From positions 12,903-76,902 of the forward strand of contig JBCCQQ010000025.1 of NCBI GenBank assembly GCA_039024555.1: a stretch of 64,000 nt of DNA, read 5' to 3'. Of this stretch, positions 47,972-58,795 are shown piece after piece. Source of the stretch: Cyanobacteria bacterium P01_D01_bin.156 (GTDB taxonomy: Bacteria > Cyanobacteriota > Cyanobacteriia > Phormidesmidales > Phormidesmidaceae). The notes under the pieces were generated by a model that saw only the letters and a list, made by a program, of their open reading frames with translations, was not told the origin of the DNA and searched no databases. Position 1 is the first letter of the stretch. Each line of letters starts with the position of its first letter. The translations under genes and the position numbers were made by a program.

Positions 47972-48769
47972 ATGCTCGATAGCGTTGTGTCCTGGGGGTT
48001 AGTTTTTCTTTTTGGCACAGCTATTGGGAGTTTTCTTAACGTAGTTGTGTACCGACTTCCAGCGGGAATGTCACTGCTCTTTCCCCCATCTCGATGCCCT
48101 AAATGTCGTACCCGCTTAAAGTTTTACGATAATGTACCCGTCCTGGGTTGGCTATGGCTCAAAGGACGCTGTCGATATTGTCGAACCCAGATTTCACCCC
48201 GTTATCCCTTGGTGGAGTTTAGCTGTGGGCTTTTATTTTTAGCCTTATTTATACGTTTCAGCTGGCAATTAGAAACACCAACCTATTGGATCTTCGCTAG
48301 TTGGCTAGTTGCGCTTACTCTGATCGATTTTGACACGCTCACACTCCCCAACCCATTAACGATGTCGGGGGTTTGTTTAGGCTGGCTGACCCATGCTTTG
48401 ATAGCAGCCACTACTGGTACATCAGTCACATCAAGCTTAGTGGTCAGCATTGGCTCAAGCATTTTAGGTTTATGGGTGTTTGATGCCATCAGTCTTTTGG
48501 GAGCCATGGTGGTGGGAAAAACAGTGATGGGAGGCGGGGATGGCAAGCTAGCCGCCATGTTGGGAGCATGGCTAGGTTGGCAAGGTTTACTTTTGAGCAT
48601 CCTGCTCGCCTCTTTTTTAGGGGCACTAGTTGGCTCTCTAGGAACAGCCATGGGACTCATTGGTCGTCGCCAACCTATCCCTTTTGGTCCTTTTTTAGCC
48701 TTCGGTGCAGGAATTACTGTATTTTTTGGTAATTCCTTGATACAAGGCTATTTGACGCTGTTGTTTTAG
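47972..48769 (+). CDS. pilD: Type IV prepilin peptidase/N-methyltransferase
   Basis: GSFLNVVVYRLP, CPKC/CRYC, IDFD, MGGGDGKL, IPFGPFL. Confidence 0.96.
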   Translation: MLDSVVSWGLVFLFGTAIGSFLNVVVYRLPAGMSLLFPPSRCPKCRTRLKFYDNVPVLGWLWLKGRCRYCRTQISPRYPLVEFSCGLLFLALFIRFSWQLETPTYWIFASWLVALTLIDFDTLTLPNPLTMSGVCLGWLTHALIAATTGTSVTSSLVVSIGSSILGLWVFDAISLLGAMVVGKTVMGGGDGKLAAMLGAWLGWQGLLLSILLASFLGALVGSLGTAMGLIGRRQPIPFGPFLAFGAGITVFFGNSLIQGYLTLLF

Positions 48770-48872
48770 GTGATCAGGCAATCCGTGGTGGCGATAAAAT
48801 CCAAGGGTCGCACTCCAGGAGGGTAGCTGAACCGGTAGGATTGAAGGACGCTATATATCGAGACTAGGGTAT

Positions 48873-49811
48873 ATGTCCCTCTTTGATTGGTTTGCAAATC
48901 GTAAGAAAGAAAGCCCCATTAGCCAGGACCGGCAGGAGCGAGAAATCGCTGATGGTCTTTGGACAAAATGTGACAAGTGTGGGGTTTTAACTTACACCAA
49001 GGACCTACGGGCTAACCAAATGGTTTGTCCAGAGTGTGATCATCACTACCGCGTCTTTAGCGATGAGCGGATTCTACAGCTAATTGATGCAGACACCTGG
49101 CAACCACTGAATGAACAAGTCGGGCCTAAGGATCCGCTGCATTTTCGAGACCGAAAAGCCTATAGCGATCGCATTCGTGATATGCAGGGCAAAACCAAAC
49201 TTAACGATGCCGTTCAGACCGGTATCGGTCAAATTCATGGAGAAGGGATTGCCCTAGGTGTAATGGACTTCCGCTTTATGGGGGGCAGCATGGGTTCGGT
49301 GGTGGGTGAAAAGCTCACCCGCCTCATAGAACATGCAACCGCCAGCAATTTGCCAGTGGTCATTGTTTGCGCATCAGGTGGAGCCCGTATGCAGGAAGGG
49401 ATGCTCAGCCTAATGCAAATGGCTAAAATTTCAGCAGCGCTAGAAAGGCATCAAGACCACCGTTTGCTATATATGCCTGTCTTGACCCATCCCACGACCG
49501 GAGGTGTAACCGCTAGCTTTGCCATGTTAGGTGACATCATTTTGGCTGAACCCAATGCAACTATAGGTTTTGCAGGGCGTCGTGTGGTTGAACAAACCCT
49601 CAGAGAAAAGCTACCAGATGATTTTCAAACAGCAGAATATCTCTTAAAACACGGGTTTGTGGATAAAATCGTCCCTCGCACAGAGTTAAAAGATACTCTC
49701 ACTCAGCTGATCCGTTTGCATCAGCTTCCACCCTCTACATCAAGTTTGAACCATGTCTCTCTAGAGAGGGCACATAATGGTCAACCGGTGCCGATCAAGC
49801 CTGTGATTTAG
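48873..49811 (+). CDS. accD: Acetyl-CoA carboxylase carboxyltransferase beta subunit
   Basis: [39 protein letters not shown]. Confidence 0.98.
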   Translation: MSLFDWFANRKKESPISQDRQEREIADGLWTKCDKCGVLTYTKDLRANQMVCPECDHHYRVFSDERILQLIDADTWQPLNEQVGPKDPLHFRDRKAYSDRIRDMQGKTKLNDAVQTGIGQIHGEGIALGVMDFRFMGGSMGSVVGEKLTRLIEHATASNLPVVIVCASGGARMQEGMLSLMQMAKISAALERHQDHRLLYMPVLTHPTTGGVTASFAMLGDIILAEPNATIGFAGRRVVEQTLREKLPDDFQTAEYLLKHGFVDKIVPRTELKDTLTQLIRLHQLPPSTSSLNHVSLERAHNGQPVPIKPVI

Positions 49812-50081
49812 TCAAGCCTTTAACTGGCTTGGGAATTGGCCCTATCGGTGGCATGATGGATAGTAACTATTAGCTAACTGAATAGCAATCCTGTCAGGTT
49901 AGTTGCACTGTGGGGTTTGTATATCCTCATACGGTGCCCTAACTAGCCTGACTAACAATTGACTGACAAATCTGTCAATTGTTTATCAGATAGCTACGAA
50001 TCGCAAACGTTACCTGGGTTTCAGGTTTAACACTTTTTGCTGTGTTGCGTATTTGATGGGCGATCCATTTCGAGGAGAATC

Positions 50082-50597
50082 ATGTTGAAAAAGTGCATTT
50101 GGCTGATGGTCGCGGCTGTTTTTCTTGTCGGCAACCTCTTTTATGGAGGCAATGCGATGGCGGCTGAGCTAGATGAAGCGATCCGTACCATTCCTTTAAA
50201 TGAACAGGGTGACACAGTGGTACTTTCCCTGGAGCAAGTTGCTCAGGGACGGAGGAAGTTTAATTATGCTTGTGCCACTTGCCATGTACAGGGGATCACC
50301 AAGACTAACCCCAATGTTGGTCTAGAACCTGAAGCTTTAGAAGGTGCTTATCCAGACCGAAATAATTTGGAAGCACTGGTGGATTATTTGAATAACCCTA
50401 CTACGTATGATGGATTAACAGAAATCTCTGAACTGCATCCTAGTACCCAAAGCACTGACATCTTTCCAAAGATGCGAAGCTTAACTGACGATGATTTGAG
50501 AGCTATTTCTGGTTATATTCTTTTGCAGCCCAAAGTTATGGGTGATATGTGGGGTGCTGGTAAGACTCGCTTCTCTGCTCCCGCAGTTTTTGACTAG
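50082..50597 (+). CDS. psbV: Cytochrome c-550 (PSII extrinsic)
   Basis: Signal peptide; CATCH haem motif; ITKTNPNVGL; ELHPS..DIFPKMR; LQPK..WG.GK. Confidence 0.96.
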   Translation: MLKKCIWLMVAAVFLVGNLFYGGNAMAAELDEAIRTIPLNEQGDTVVLSLEQVAQGRRKFNYACATCHVQGITKTNPNVGLEPEALEGAYPDRNNLEALVDYLNNPTTYDGLTEISELHPSTQSTDIFPKMRSLTDDDLRAISGYILLQPKVMGDMWGAGKTRFSAPAVFD

Positions 50598-50666
50598 TCA
50601 GTCGATCAATTGGTTACACAGGCATTTGGATAGTAGCTTTCATTGTTAGCTAGATATCTATAGAGA

Positions 50667-50704
50667 TAAAAAGGAGTTGAGCATTAATGTTCAACTCCTT
50701 TTTA
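50667..50704 (+). terminator. Intrinsic terminator of psbV
   Basis: TAAAAAGGAGTTGA-GCATTAATGT-TCAACTCCTTTTTA. Confidence 0.8.
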
Positions 50705-50854
50705 GTTGCAGATTTTACGCATCACTCGGCACCATAGTTCATAACATCAGCTCGCTGAATGCATTCAGCAGTTTGTAATACCAATCACCAGAGATTATCT
50801 AGCGCAGACATTACCCAATTGAGCTAGTGTAGATAGGCGGTAGAGCACAATACA

Positions 50855-51982
50855 ATGATCAAGCGGCGCACGTTATTGTGGGGATTAATGGGCTTTGCGA
50901 TCGCAGGCTGTCGTTCTAGCTCATCTGATTCTTTTCGAGTTAAATTTCTCGCACGCTCTATTCCCTCACAGATCCTTAAAACATTTAATCGACAGATCCC
51001 CTCACAGTTCGAAGCAGCCATAACACTCAGCGATATTTATCAGCAGCTGCAATGGTGGGAAGCTCAAAAAGCGCCTTTACCTCCGCTATGGAAACGCTTC
51101 TTGCCTTTGAGAAATTCAGCTTCCACACCCTCAGACGAATATCGTGTAAAAACCAATCTTGTCACCCTAAGCGATCCGTGGCTGGACCATGCGATTCAAC
51201 AGGAACTGATCCAGCCAATACCAGAATTTATTCCTGCTGAAAGTTTGCCTGAACCATGGCAACGTCTACTCCGCCGCGATCGCCAAGGAAAATCTACAGC
51301 CCAAGGTAATGACCTATGGGCTGTTCCCTATAGAACCCAGGGCCTCATGATCGCTTATCAAAAACCCCTATTTGAAGGGAATAACGCCATTACAAAATGG
51401 GCAGATTTATGGCGACCAGAATTGGCAGGGCGAATTGCGATGCCAAATCACCCAAGGTTAGCCATCTCAATTGTGCTTAAAGCACTCGGGTACTCTGCCA
51501 ATGACGAGTCAGTTCTTATTGAAGATGATGTCAAGGAACAACTCTCAGCCCTCTATCGGCAAGTCCGGGTATTTGACTCCCAATCCCACCTCAAAGCCTT
51601 AGTAAATGAAGACGTTTGGTTATCGGTGGGCTGGAGCGGCGATATTCTAGCTACACTGGTACGCTACCGGCGTTTGGGGGCGGTTAATCCTCAAGAAGGT
51701 ACCGTACTCACTAGCGATCTTTGGGTAGCGCCTGTGGATGCACACTTAACAGATGCAGCTAAAGCCTGGTTAGAGTTTTGTTGGCAACCGGAAATTGCCA
51801 CGCAAATTTCCTTATCAAGTTATGGTTTATCACCTTTATTTTTTCTGCCAGGCGCTACCCTGCCAGACAAACTGCCTGAACAGATGATGCAGTTGCCGAT
51901 AGACAGTGAAGTGTTGCTACCCTTATCCCCCCAAGCTCGAGAAACTCTCAAAAGTCTACTGAGCCACGTCGACCCCGAATAG
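50855..51982 (+). CDS. PotD/PotF-like extracellular solute-binding lipoprotein
   Basis: Lipobox IAGC after KRR; WAVPY, WADLWRPEL.GRI, VGWSGD, PQEGTVLTSDLW. Confidence 0.85.
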   Translation: MIKRRTLLWGLMGFAIAGCRSSSSDSFRVKFLARSIPSQILKTFNRQIPSQFEAAITLSDIYQQLQWWEAQKAPLPPLWKRFLPLRNSASTPSDEYRVKTNLVTLSDPWLDHAIQQELIQPIPEFIPAESLPEPWQRLLRRDRQGKSTAQGNDLWAVPYRTQGLMIAYQKPLFEGNNAITKWADLWRPELAGRIAMPNHPRLAISIVLKALGYSANDESVLIEDDVKEQLSALYRQVRVFDSQSHLKALVNEDVWLSVGWSGDILATLVRYRRLGAVNPQEGTVLTSDLWVAPVDAHLTDAAKAWLEFCWQPEIATQISLSSYGLSPLFFLPGATLPDKLPEQMMQLPIDSEVLLPLSPQARETLKSLLSHVDPE

Positions 51983-52520
51983 CTCCTTGGCCCAAGTAGT
52001 CCAATTGCACAACACAACGCAGGTCTACCGGTAAGGCTTGGGACGTTACATCATCTAAGGCTGTAAAATCACACACATGCGAACCAACCAGACGATTACC
52101 TGTAAAGACCCGGAGTTGATATTCATAGGCTTTTGCACTTCTGCCAAACTGTGTGATGAATGCGTACTGCTCCAAATAGCTTAAGAGAGGCCAAATTTGA
52201 GCGTTCACTAAAACATCTACATGTGGAATGACACTACTCTCGTAAGCATTCCAGGTATCAATTAGACGCGGGTTAATCGCATCTCCCTGCTGTCGTTCTT
52301 GCCACCATAGGCTTGGAATTGTCAACTGCTGATCAGAAGGGTTATCAGCCGTTGCCGATGGCGTTAGATCAGATGGCTGCTGATTATTAATCTGATTCAC
52401 GCTATTTATCTGCGATGGGAGTGATTGCGCCTGAGTCGTGTTACCCATCCATGAGCACCAGAAGGTGGCAATCGCAGCACCGCATATACCCTTAGTTACC
52501 AAAAATAACGTACTCATCAC
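51948..52520 (-). CDS. Exported hypothetical protein
   Basis: Signal-like N-terminus; TIPSLWW, VDVLVN.QIW.LL.YLEQYAFI.QFG. Confidence 0.75.
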   Translation of the reverse strand: MMSTLFLVTKGICGAAIATFWCSWMGNTTQAQSLPSQINSVNQINNQQPSDLTPSATADNPSDQQLTIPSLWWQERQQGDAINPRLIDTWNAYESSVIPHVDVLVNAQIWPLLSYLEQYAFITQFGRSAKAYEYQLRVFTGNRLVGSHVCDFTALDDVTSQALPVDLRCVVQLDYLGQGAIRGRRGSVDF

Positions 52521-52527
52521 GTTGACC

Positions 52528-55206
52528 CTACACCAGAATCAAGCGCTGACGGTGCACATGGCCAAGCGTAATCTTTTGCTCTTCATCCTGCCGCTGCATT
52601 TCTAACATTCGCAACAGTTGTTCGGGCCTCAGCATATTGCCATCATTGCGGCAACTGCCAACATAGCGAATGACCACATCACCAGAACTAGTCAGTTTCT
52701 GAGCTACGCTTCTGGGAAGATTTTTGGGAATTTGAGCAACGAGCTCCAAACTTTGTAGCCGTTCCCGCAAGTTAATTTGTTTGACCTTACCAGACTTAGT
52801 TGTATGGGTATCTAAAATTTCTTGAGCCTCCAGAACATACCCAATCCAATCCTGCCAAACCTCCATGGAATCAATTTCCGAAGCACTCAAAGCTAACAAA
52901 TAATCCGCCTGTCCCAAGGCCTTGGTCGCAGAGGGTGCTTTTAAATCAACAGTCTCAACCCCATAAATGGGCAGTGTATTGGACAACTGTGTCTGCAACC
53001 GCTGCCTAAACTGCTCAACATCCATGGTTTCAGTCAATTCAAAGTCAACTACCTCACCAGAGCTAGTTGCTCCTAAGGGCAACGCATTAGCAGGGGAAAT
53101 TCTGGGCCCCGGATGATATCCTCCCGTAAATGAAATGGGCAAAGCCGCTCGCCTGACAGCACGATCTAGCATCCTTGCCAAATCCAGGTGACCAATTAAA
53201 GACATATCCCCTAATTTGCCTAAGGTAATACGCAATCGTTGCACTCGCTCAGACTTCGGCTTGCTATGTCCCTCAAATGCAGGAATCGGTAGCGGTGCCA
53301 CAACAACGTTATGGCCAAAGTCCGTACCACAAACGCCACAGTGAGAACAGCCCTCAAAGGAACAATCGGGAACAACAGCAGCTGCCAAAGCTCGTCGTAA
53401 ATCCTCCTGTAGCCAGCCTTTATCAATACCAGTGTCTAGATGGTCCCAAGGTAAAGGAGCATCCATCGCAGACTGCCACCGATCGACCGCCTCAGGAACC
53501 GTCAGCTCCTGCTCCAGAGATTCTCCAATATTCCACTCCCCTGCTTCCACCTGTCGGTATTTCCACGTCAGACCCGCATCATTAATCGCTTGAGTCCAAG
53601 CATTAAAAGCTCGCTCTAGGCTTTCCCACCAAGCATCCATGCCTGCACCGAGTTCCCAAGCTCGCTTAACCACGTTTGAAAGCCGCCGATCACCACGGCC
53701 CACAAAATCTTCCATGGCAGAAATGCGAACATCGGTAAAGTTCACCTTGACTCCTCGAATAGAGCGAAAGGCTATTTTAAGCATATTCTGCTTACGCTCA
53801 AACTCACTGGTAGAGACAGAATGCCACTGGAAAGGTGTGTGAGGCTTTGGCGTAAAGTTAGAGACCGTAATGTTAAAGCCCAGAGACTTACGACCTTTAA
53901 GACGACATTCTCGTTTCAGCCATTGAACGGTTTCAGCGATGCCCAACACATCAGCATCCGTTTCCCCCGGCAGACCAATCATAAAGTAGAGCTTGACTTT
54001 ATCCCATCCTTGCTCGTGAGCCGTTTTAACCCCCCGCAAGAGTTCTTCGTTAGTCAGGCCCTTATTAATAATGTCTCGCATTCGCTGGGTGCCTGCCTCT
54101 GGTGCAAATGTAAGACCGGTTTTACGGGTACCACCAACAATATGGGCAATGTTTTCATCAAAACGGTCAACCCGCTGACTTGGCAAAGATAGAGAAACAT
54201 TGTCATGCTTGAGACGGTTTTTAACTTCTACCCCCACAGCTGGCAACGCTAAGTAGTCGGAACAGCTAAGAGATAACAACGAAAATTCGTTATATCCCGT
54301 ATCTCGCATGCCCCGTTCAATAGTGTCCACCACTTGCTCTGGTGCCACATCCCGCGCCGGGCGAGTCAGCATACCAGGCTGACAAAAGCGACAGCCTCGG
54401 GTGCAGCCACGGCGAATCTCAATTGTGAGTCGGTCGTGCACAGTTTGTACATGGGGCACTAAACCGATGGAATAATCTGGTATCGGGGTAGCCACACGTC
54501 GCAGCACACGGGGCGGTACATCATCACGATTAGGATGAATAGAACCATCCTCCGCCATGTCATAGAACTGAGGCACATAAACACCAGGAACCTGAGCCAG
54601 GTCCAGTAGTATCTCCTGGCGGGTCATGCCTGACGCTTTACCTTCTTCTAGAATCAGACCGATTTCTGGTAAGAGTTCTTCACCGTCTCCCAGAGCAATA
54701 AAGTCAAAAAAGTCTGCATAGGGCTCAGGATTGGACGTTGCGGTCTGTCCACCTGCAAAGATCATAGGCCAGCTTGCTTCATCCCAGGGACCGGCCCCAT
54801 TACGCTCTTGCCAGGTCAAAGGAATGCCCGCTAGAGATAGCATCTCCAAAATATTGGTTGCCCCCAGCTCATAGCTAAGGCTAAACCCTAAAATATCGAA
54901 GTCGATTAGGGGACGGCGAGCTTCTACTGCAAACAGAGGTGTATCAGTGTCTTTAAGTTTTTGAACTAAGTCAGCTCCAGGTAAATAAGCGCGATCGCAA
55001 AGCTGCCTCGGCTGATGATTGATAATACTGTAAAGAATAATATGCCCTAGATTTGAAGCACCTACTTCATAAACCTCTGGGTAAGTGAGCACCCAACGAA
55101 TGACAGCACTTTCCCAATCTTTATGGACCGAACCCAGTTCATTACCTAAATAACGAGCCGGGCGAGCAATATCGGAAGTTATGAGTTGGTCAACAGCAGT
55201 GGGCAC
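52528..55206 (-). CDS. TIGR03960-type radical SAM protein fused to a TIGR03936/DUF2344 domain
   Basis: PARYLGNE, RGCTRGCRFCQ (CxxxCxxC), APEAG, CSHCGVC; C-terminal IGHLDL..RRAALP..GGYHPGP. Confidence 0.93.
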   Translation of the reverse strand: MPTAVDQLITSDIARPARYLGNELGSVHKDWESAVIRWVLTYPEVYEVGASNLGHIILYSIINHQPRQLCDRAYLPGADLVQKLKDTDTPLFAVEARRPLIDFDILGFSLSYELGATNILEMLSLAGIPLTWQERNGAGPWDEASWPMIFAGGQTATSNPEPYADFFDFIALGDGEELLPEIGLILEEGKASGMTRQEILLDLAQVPGVYVPQFYDMAEDGSIHPNRDDVPPRVLRRVATPIPDYSIGLVPHVQTVHDRLTIEIRRGCTRGCRFCQPGMLTRPARDVAPEQVVDTIERGMRDTGYNEFSLLSLSCSDYLALPAVGVEVKNRLKHDNVSLSLPSQRVDRFDENIAHIVGGTRKTGLTFAPEAGTQRMRDIINKGLTNEELLRGVKTAHEQGWDKVKLYFMIGLPGETDADVLGIAETVQWLKRECRLKGRKSLGFNITVSNFTPKPHTPFQWHSVSTSEFERKQNMLKIAFRSIRGVKVNFTDVRISAMEDFVGRGDRRLSNVVKRAWELGAGMDAWWESLERAFNAWTQAINDAGLTWKYRQVEAGEWNIGESLEQELTVPEAVDRWQSAMDAPLPWDHLDTGIDKGWLQEDLRRALAAAVVPDCSFEGCSHCGVCGTDFGHNVVVAPLPIPAFEGHSKPKSERVQRLRITLGKLGDMSLIGHLDLARMLDRAVRRAALPISFTGGYHPGPRISPANALPLGATSSGEVVDFELTETMDVEQFRQRLQTQLSNTLPIYGVETVDLKAPSATKALGQADYLLALSASEIDSMEVWQDWIGYVLEAQEILDTHTTKSGKVKQINLRERLQSLELVAQIPKNLPRSVAQKLTSSGDVVIRYVGSCRNDGNMLRPEQLLRMLEMQRQDEEQKITLGHVHRQRLILV

Positions 55207-55457
55207 AGCAATTAAAAAAACAGCTTAGTTATGGTCGATCACACTAGTTGAAGCAATAGAATATTCTGTAGCACCTTTCCAAGATCGTTACAGATTCAAT
55301 GCCGCAATTAACTTCACTAAACTATAGCCGATTCCCAAGAGAGGCTAGACTGAACAACAGATAAAAAACCAAAGCTGCACATCTATTCAGCAAGACAACA
55401 TTCACTGCTCAACACGGCAGTCTTCATCCCCCCTAGACTTATCCGAGAAGCTGTCAA

Positions 55458-55508
55458 ATACCGAATAAGCAGCGGGAAATGTTATATTTCCCGCTGCTTA
55501 TTCGGTAT
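55458..55508. terminator. Perfect 23-bp hairpin; probable terminator of the STAS gene
   Basis: ATACCGAATAAGCAGCGGGAAAT-GTTAT-ATTTCCCGCTGCTTATTCGGTAT. Confidence 0.65.
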
Positions 55509-55587
55509 AAGGACCAAGTCCAATGAGAATAAACCTTTCCCTGTTCGCAAATCTTTTCAAGACAAGCTATGTAGAAAGGGCGATGGT

Positions 55588-55908
55588 TTAAGCCGCCTGC
55601 AATGTCTGCCGATCAACCATAGAAACAGCACGATCAACCTGGGCCAGCTCAAAAACGATGCGTACCGAAGGAGAAACATCGCGTAGACTTAATCGCTTAC
55701 TATGGCGCTTAGCTGTATCACAACCAGCCAGTAGGGCGACTAGGCCAAAATTATCTACACTATCCACAGCCGCCATATCAATGGCAATCTCGCTAGCACC
55801 ATCAGATGTGATGGCCGTTAATACTTCTTTTCTAAACGCATCAGCCGTTGCAGCGGTCAAAGCGCCTTCAGGTCGCACAACCTTAACTGATGTTTCAACA
55901 CTATACAT
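55588..55908 (-). CDS. STAS-domain anti-sigma factor antagonist
   Basis: GALTAATA..F, IDMAAVDSVDNFGLVAL, VRIVFELAQVD. Confidence 0.9.
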   Translation of the reverse strand: MYSVETSVKVVRPEGALTAATADAFRKEVLTAITSDGASEIAIDMAAVDSVDNFGLVALLAGCDTAKRHSKRLSLRDVSPSVRIVFELAQVDRAVSMVDRQTLQAA

Positions 55909-56266
55909 AATCAGTCTCCTAAGAGTTTTTTTAGATTGGAATGAGCGTTAGACCACGACCTTCTCATATGCTCATATGACTCTGAAGCTAACTTGGTAAA
56001 TCTAAGCTTGCCCAGATGGAGCATATCGATTTGTGGAATCTTAACCTTGGGATGAGCTCTTTAAAGTTTCCAGAAAGCATTTACAGCAAACTGTAGCTGT
56101 AGCTACCTGTTCCATAGGTATATCCTTTCCATTCAGCTTTGAGTGATGCGGATCACTGAGCATCCCAGCACCAAAAGTTTCACTTGGATTAGTACAGATA
56201 CTAACCAGATGGCACAGACGTGTAGCCTGAGTGGTTTATGAAAAAGAATTATTAGGGACAATCACT

Positions 56267-56461
56267 ATGCACCCATTCGCCATTCGACAGCTTGTGGAGA
56301 AAGCACTCTACACAAAGCAGCTCACCCCCGATATCGAGGAACAGATCAATTCAGAACTATCTCGCCTGGGCTACATTTCTGAAGTTGATTATGAAGCCCT
56401 TGAATTACTGATGAGCGAGATGGATGAGGGCCGCATTAAACTAGTTCCCTCAATCCGTTAA
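56267..56461 (+). CDS. Small conserved-type cyanobacterial hypothetical protein
   Basis: IRQLVEKAL..LTPDIEEQIN..GYISEVDYEALELLM..GRI. Confidence 0.75.
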   Translation: MHPFAIRQLVEKALYTKQLTPDIEEQINSELSRLGYISEVDYEALELLMSEMDEGRIKLVPSIR

Positions 56462-56494
56462 CCAATTAGGTCAGCAAGCACTATCAACTCTCAG

Positions 56495-56592
56495 GAGCTG
56501 TCAAGCAACGACTCCACGGTTTAAGCATGAAAAACTTGTTAAGTCATGATTTAAATGCACAAGGCCATGGTTCTAATGTTTAACAAGCTCTA
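56495..56592. mobile_element. MITE-like element, copy 2 of the dispersed repeat
   Basis: Shares 63/74 nt with 31838-31911; imperfect terminal inverted repeats GAGCTGTCAA...TTAACAAGCTC. Confidence 0.55.
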
Positions 56593-56681
56593 AACTACTC
56601 CAATGTAAAGTCAGCAAAACCCGCTGCAGCAAACCACAGGCGGCACTCTCAGTTGCTTATTTAGAAGTCTCTAGTCCGCAA

Positions 56682-57113
56682 TCAGCGTATCGCAACTAGC
56701 TTCCTAGAGTTATTTGAAGTTTTATATGCAGAGCCGCTGTAGTTCCAGCATGTATGCAGAAAGTGTTGAAATTCCTGTTTGGCTTGTTCCTCGGCGCCCT
56801 TATTATCAGCTAAGCGCAGGTGAAACAGCAGGGCAAAGAAATCTGTATCAAAGGCCATCTTAAAGCTATCAATAGGCCAAACTAAGTCAGGCGCGGTCTT
56901 CAAATCATAGAGCTCTAAGCTAGAGGTTTCAGGGCTGATGGCGGCATCTGCAATGACTTGCTGCTGCAAATGAGATTCACAGGGCAGATGGGCCACCAGC
57001 ATGAGGGGACGACACCAGAGTCGTATTGAGCCAGCAACCTGAATAGCTTCAGCATAGAGCCGTTGATCTAAACATTCGAGATAGACAATTTGTCCAGGGT
57101 TTATGGTGATCAT
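56682..57113 (-). CDS. Hypothetical protein
   Basis: 143-aa ATG ORF; GQIVYLE..RLYAEAIQV..LWCRPLML..DL..APDLVWP. Confidence 0.75.
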   Translation of the reverse strand: MITINPGQIVYLECLDQRLYAEAIQVAGSIRLWCRPLMLVAHLPCESHLQQQVIADAAISPETSSLELYDLKTAPDLVWPIDSFKMAFDTDFFALLFHLRLADNKGAEEQAKQEFQHFLHTCWNYSGSAYKTSNNSRKLVAIR

Positions 57114-57511
57114 TTTTGAAAAATAGGATTTCCAAGCGAATTAATAACAACGGTCGATCTAGGTGGGTTAAAAAAGCTTGAGCTATGACAGCTGATAAAT
57201 CAGTGGCCAATGAACCACTTGGTTTGAAGCTGAAATTCAATAGTTCAATTTTTGTTAAATTAGGTATTACGCTATCACTAACTGTGTTTGCAAAATTTGC
57301 TTTTTATTATTCATTTTGTGACTTTAAAGCTGAAGTCTATTGCTAGAATTACTCGATGTCTTGTTTTAGAAGCATTTGACGACTCAGCTTCCAGGTTGCC
57401 AGATAAGTTTTGGCTACAATTAAAGATAGGGCTCAGCTCCATTTTTGGCTGTCTTTTAACAGCATTGCTTGCTTAATGTAAAGTTTCTCTGATTCAACTA
57501 GTTAAAAAGTC

Positions 57512-57802
57512 ATGGTGTCTACTGGGACAATTGAAAAGACTGTTACCTCTAATAAGCGGCAGCATGCTCCCCGCTACCGGGTGTTGTTGCATAACGATGA
57601 TTTCAACTCTATGGAATATGTAGTGGAGTCTCTAGTGCAGGCTGTCCCCAGTCTTTCTGTTCCCCAGGCAGTCGATATTATGATGCAGGCTCATAATTCC
57701 GGGGTTGGGCTGGTGATTATATGTGAGTTAGAACACGCGGAGTTTTACAGTGAAGTGCTTCGCTCAAAAGGTTTAACCAGTACTATTGAGCCTGACGAAT
57801 AG
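57512..57802 (+). CDS. clpS: ATP-dependent Clp protease adaptor ClpS
   Basis: YRVLLHNDDFNSMEYVV, IMMQAH..G, EHAEFY, TIEP. Confidence 0.96.
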   Translation: MVSTGTIEKTVTSNKRQHAPRYRVLLHNDDFNSMEYVVESLVQAVPSLSVPQAVDIMMQAHNSGVGLVIICELEHAEFYSEVLRSKGLTSTIEPDE

Positions 57803-57883
57803 CTGTAAAAGCACTTGCTCTCTGTCAGTGCCTCGTTTCCAAGCTCAGTAGAATTAGCTTGGCTACTGTAGCGCCTAACGCTG

Positions 57884-58795
57884 ATGTTGGAGAGTAAGCC
57901 ATCTACTTCAGAGCAGCAACACTGGTCGTCAAGTCACTTCTTGGTTGCGCAACTGATGCATTACCGATCGATTGCCCATGCTGCTCTGCCCTTTAGGATC
58001 CTTATATTTTTCGGATTACTGGCCTTATTTTGGGCTCCATGGGCATCCATTATTTACATTGCCGGGCGTTTGAGCAATTGGCAAGAGCTTGCCAGTACAT
58101 TTGCTCTAGTTTGCCTATACGTTTGCTTTATTGTCCATGCTTGGTTTTGGGCACGAAGCGTACATGACCGGAGACGTCCCTTTAGGCACTATGGGCTCGT
58201 TTTTTGCGATCGCTTCTTCCAGGACATCGTCATTGCCCTACTGATTGGGATTGGCCTAGTCGTATGCCTGTTTAGTCTCAAGATCGGTTTGGGATGGGCG
58301 ATGTTAACGCCCTCCGGCAATCTGGCAACGGTCATCACTGAAGGATTCGCCGTAGGCTTAGGAATCGGCTTTGCAGAAGAACTACTATTTCGAGGTTGGT
58401 TACTCACTGAACTCAATATCAGTTTGCCTAGATATCAAGCCATTGGATGGAATGGGCTGCTTTTTGCAGTCGCCCATTTTATTAAGCCGATACCAGAGAT
58501 TATTCAAACATCACCTCAATTTTTTGGGCTGCTCCTACTAGGCTTAATCTTAGGAGCAGGGCGATATATTAATTCCCGCAGCCATAGTTTCACTAGCTTA
58601 GGACTACCCATAGGACTGCACGCTGGTTTAGTTTGGAGTTACTACATTGTGGATGTAGGCGACTTGGTCAGTTCCTCAGGCACAGTCCCGGAATGGATTA
58701 CAGGAATCCACGGCAACCCCTTATCAGGCGCTTTAGGAATCAGCATTCTGAGCATTTTAGCTAGCATGACGTGGATTAAATTGCATCCAAAATAG
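57884..58795 (+). CDS. CPBP/Abi family intramembrane protease
   Basis: FAEELLFRGWL, FAVAH, IGLHAGLV. Confidence 0.9.
   Translation: MLESKPSTSEQQHWSSSHFLVAQLMHYRSIAHAALPFRILIFFGLLALFWAPWASIIYIAGRLSNWQELASTFALVCLYVCFIVHAWFWARSVHDRRRPFRHYGLVFCDRFFQDIVIALLIGIGLVVCLFSLKIGLGWAMLTPSGNLATVITEGFAVGLGIGFAEELLFRGWLLTELNISLPRYQAIGWNGLLFAVAHFIKPIPEIIQTSPQFFGLLLLGLILGAGRYINSRSHSFTSLGLPIGLHAGLVWSYYIVDVGDLVSSSGTVPEWITGIHGNPLSGALGISILSILASMTWIKLHPK

Noticed and set aside
52528..55206. Radical SAM-DUF2344 fusion as a novelty
   Set aside because: This fusion is a known architecture in cyanobacteria; its function is unknown but the arrangement is not unusual.
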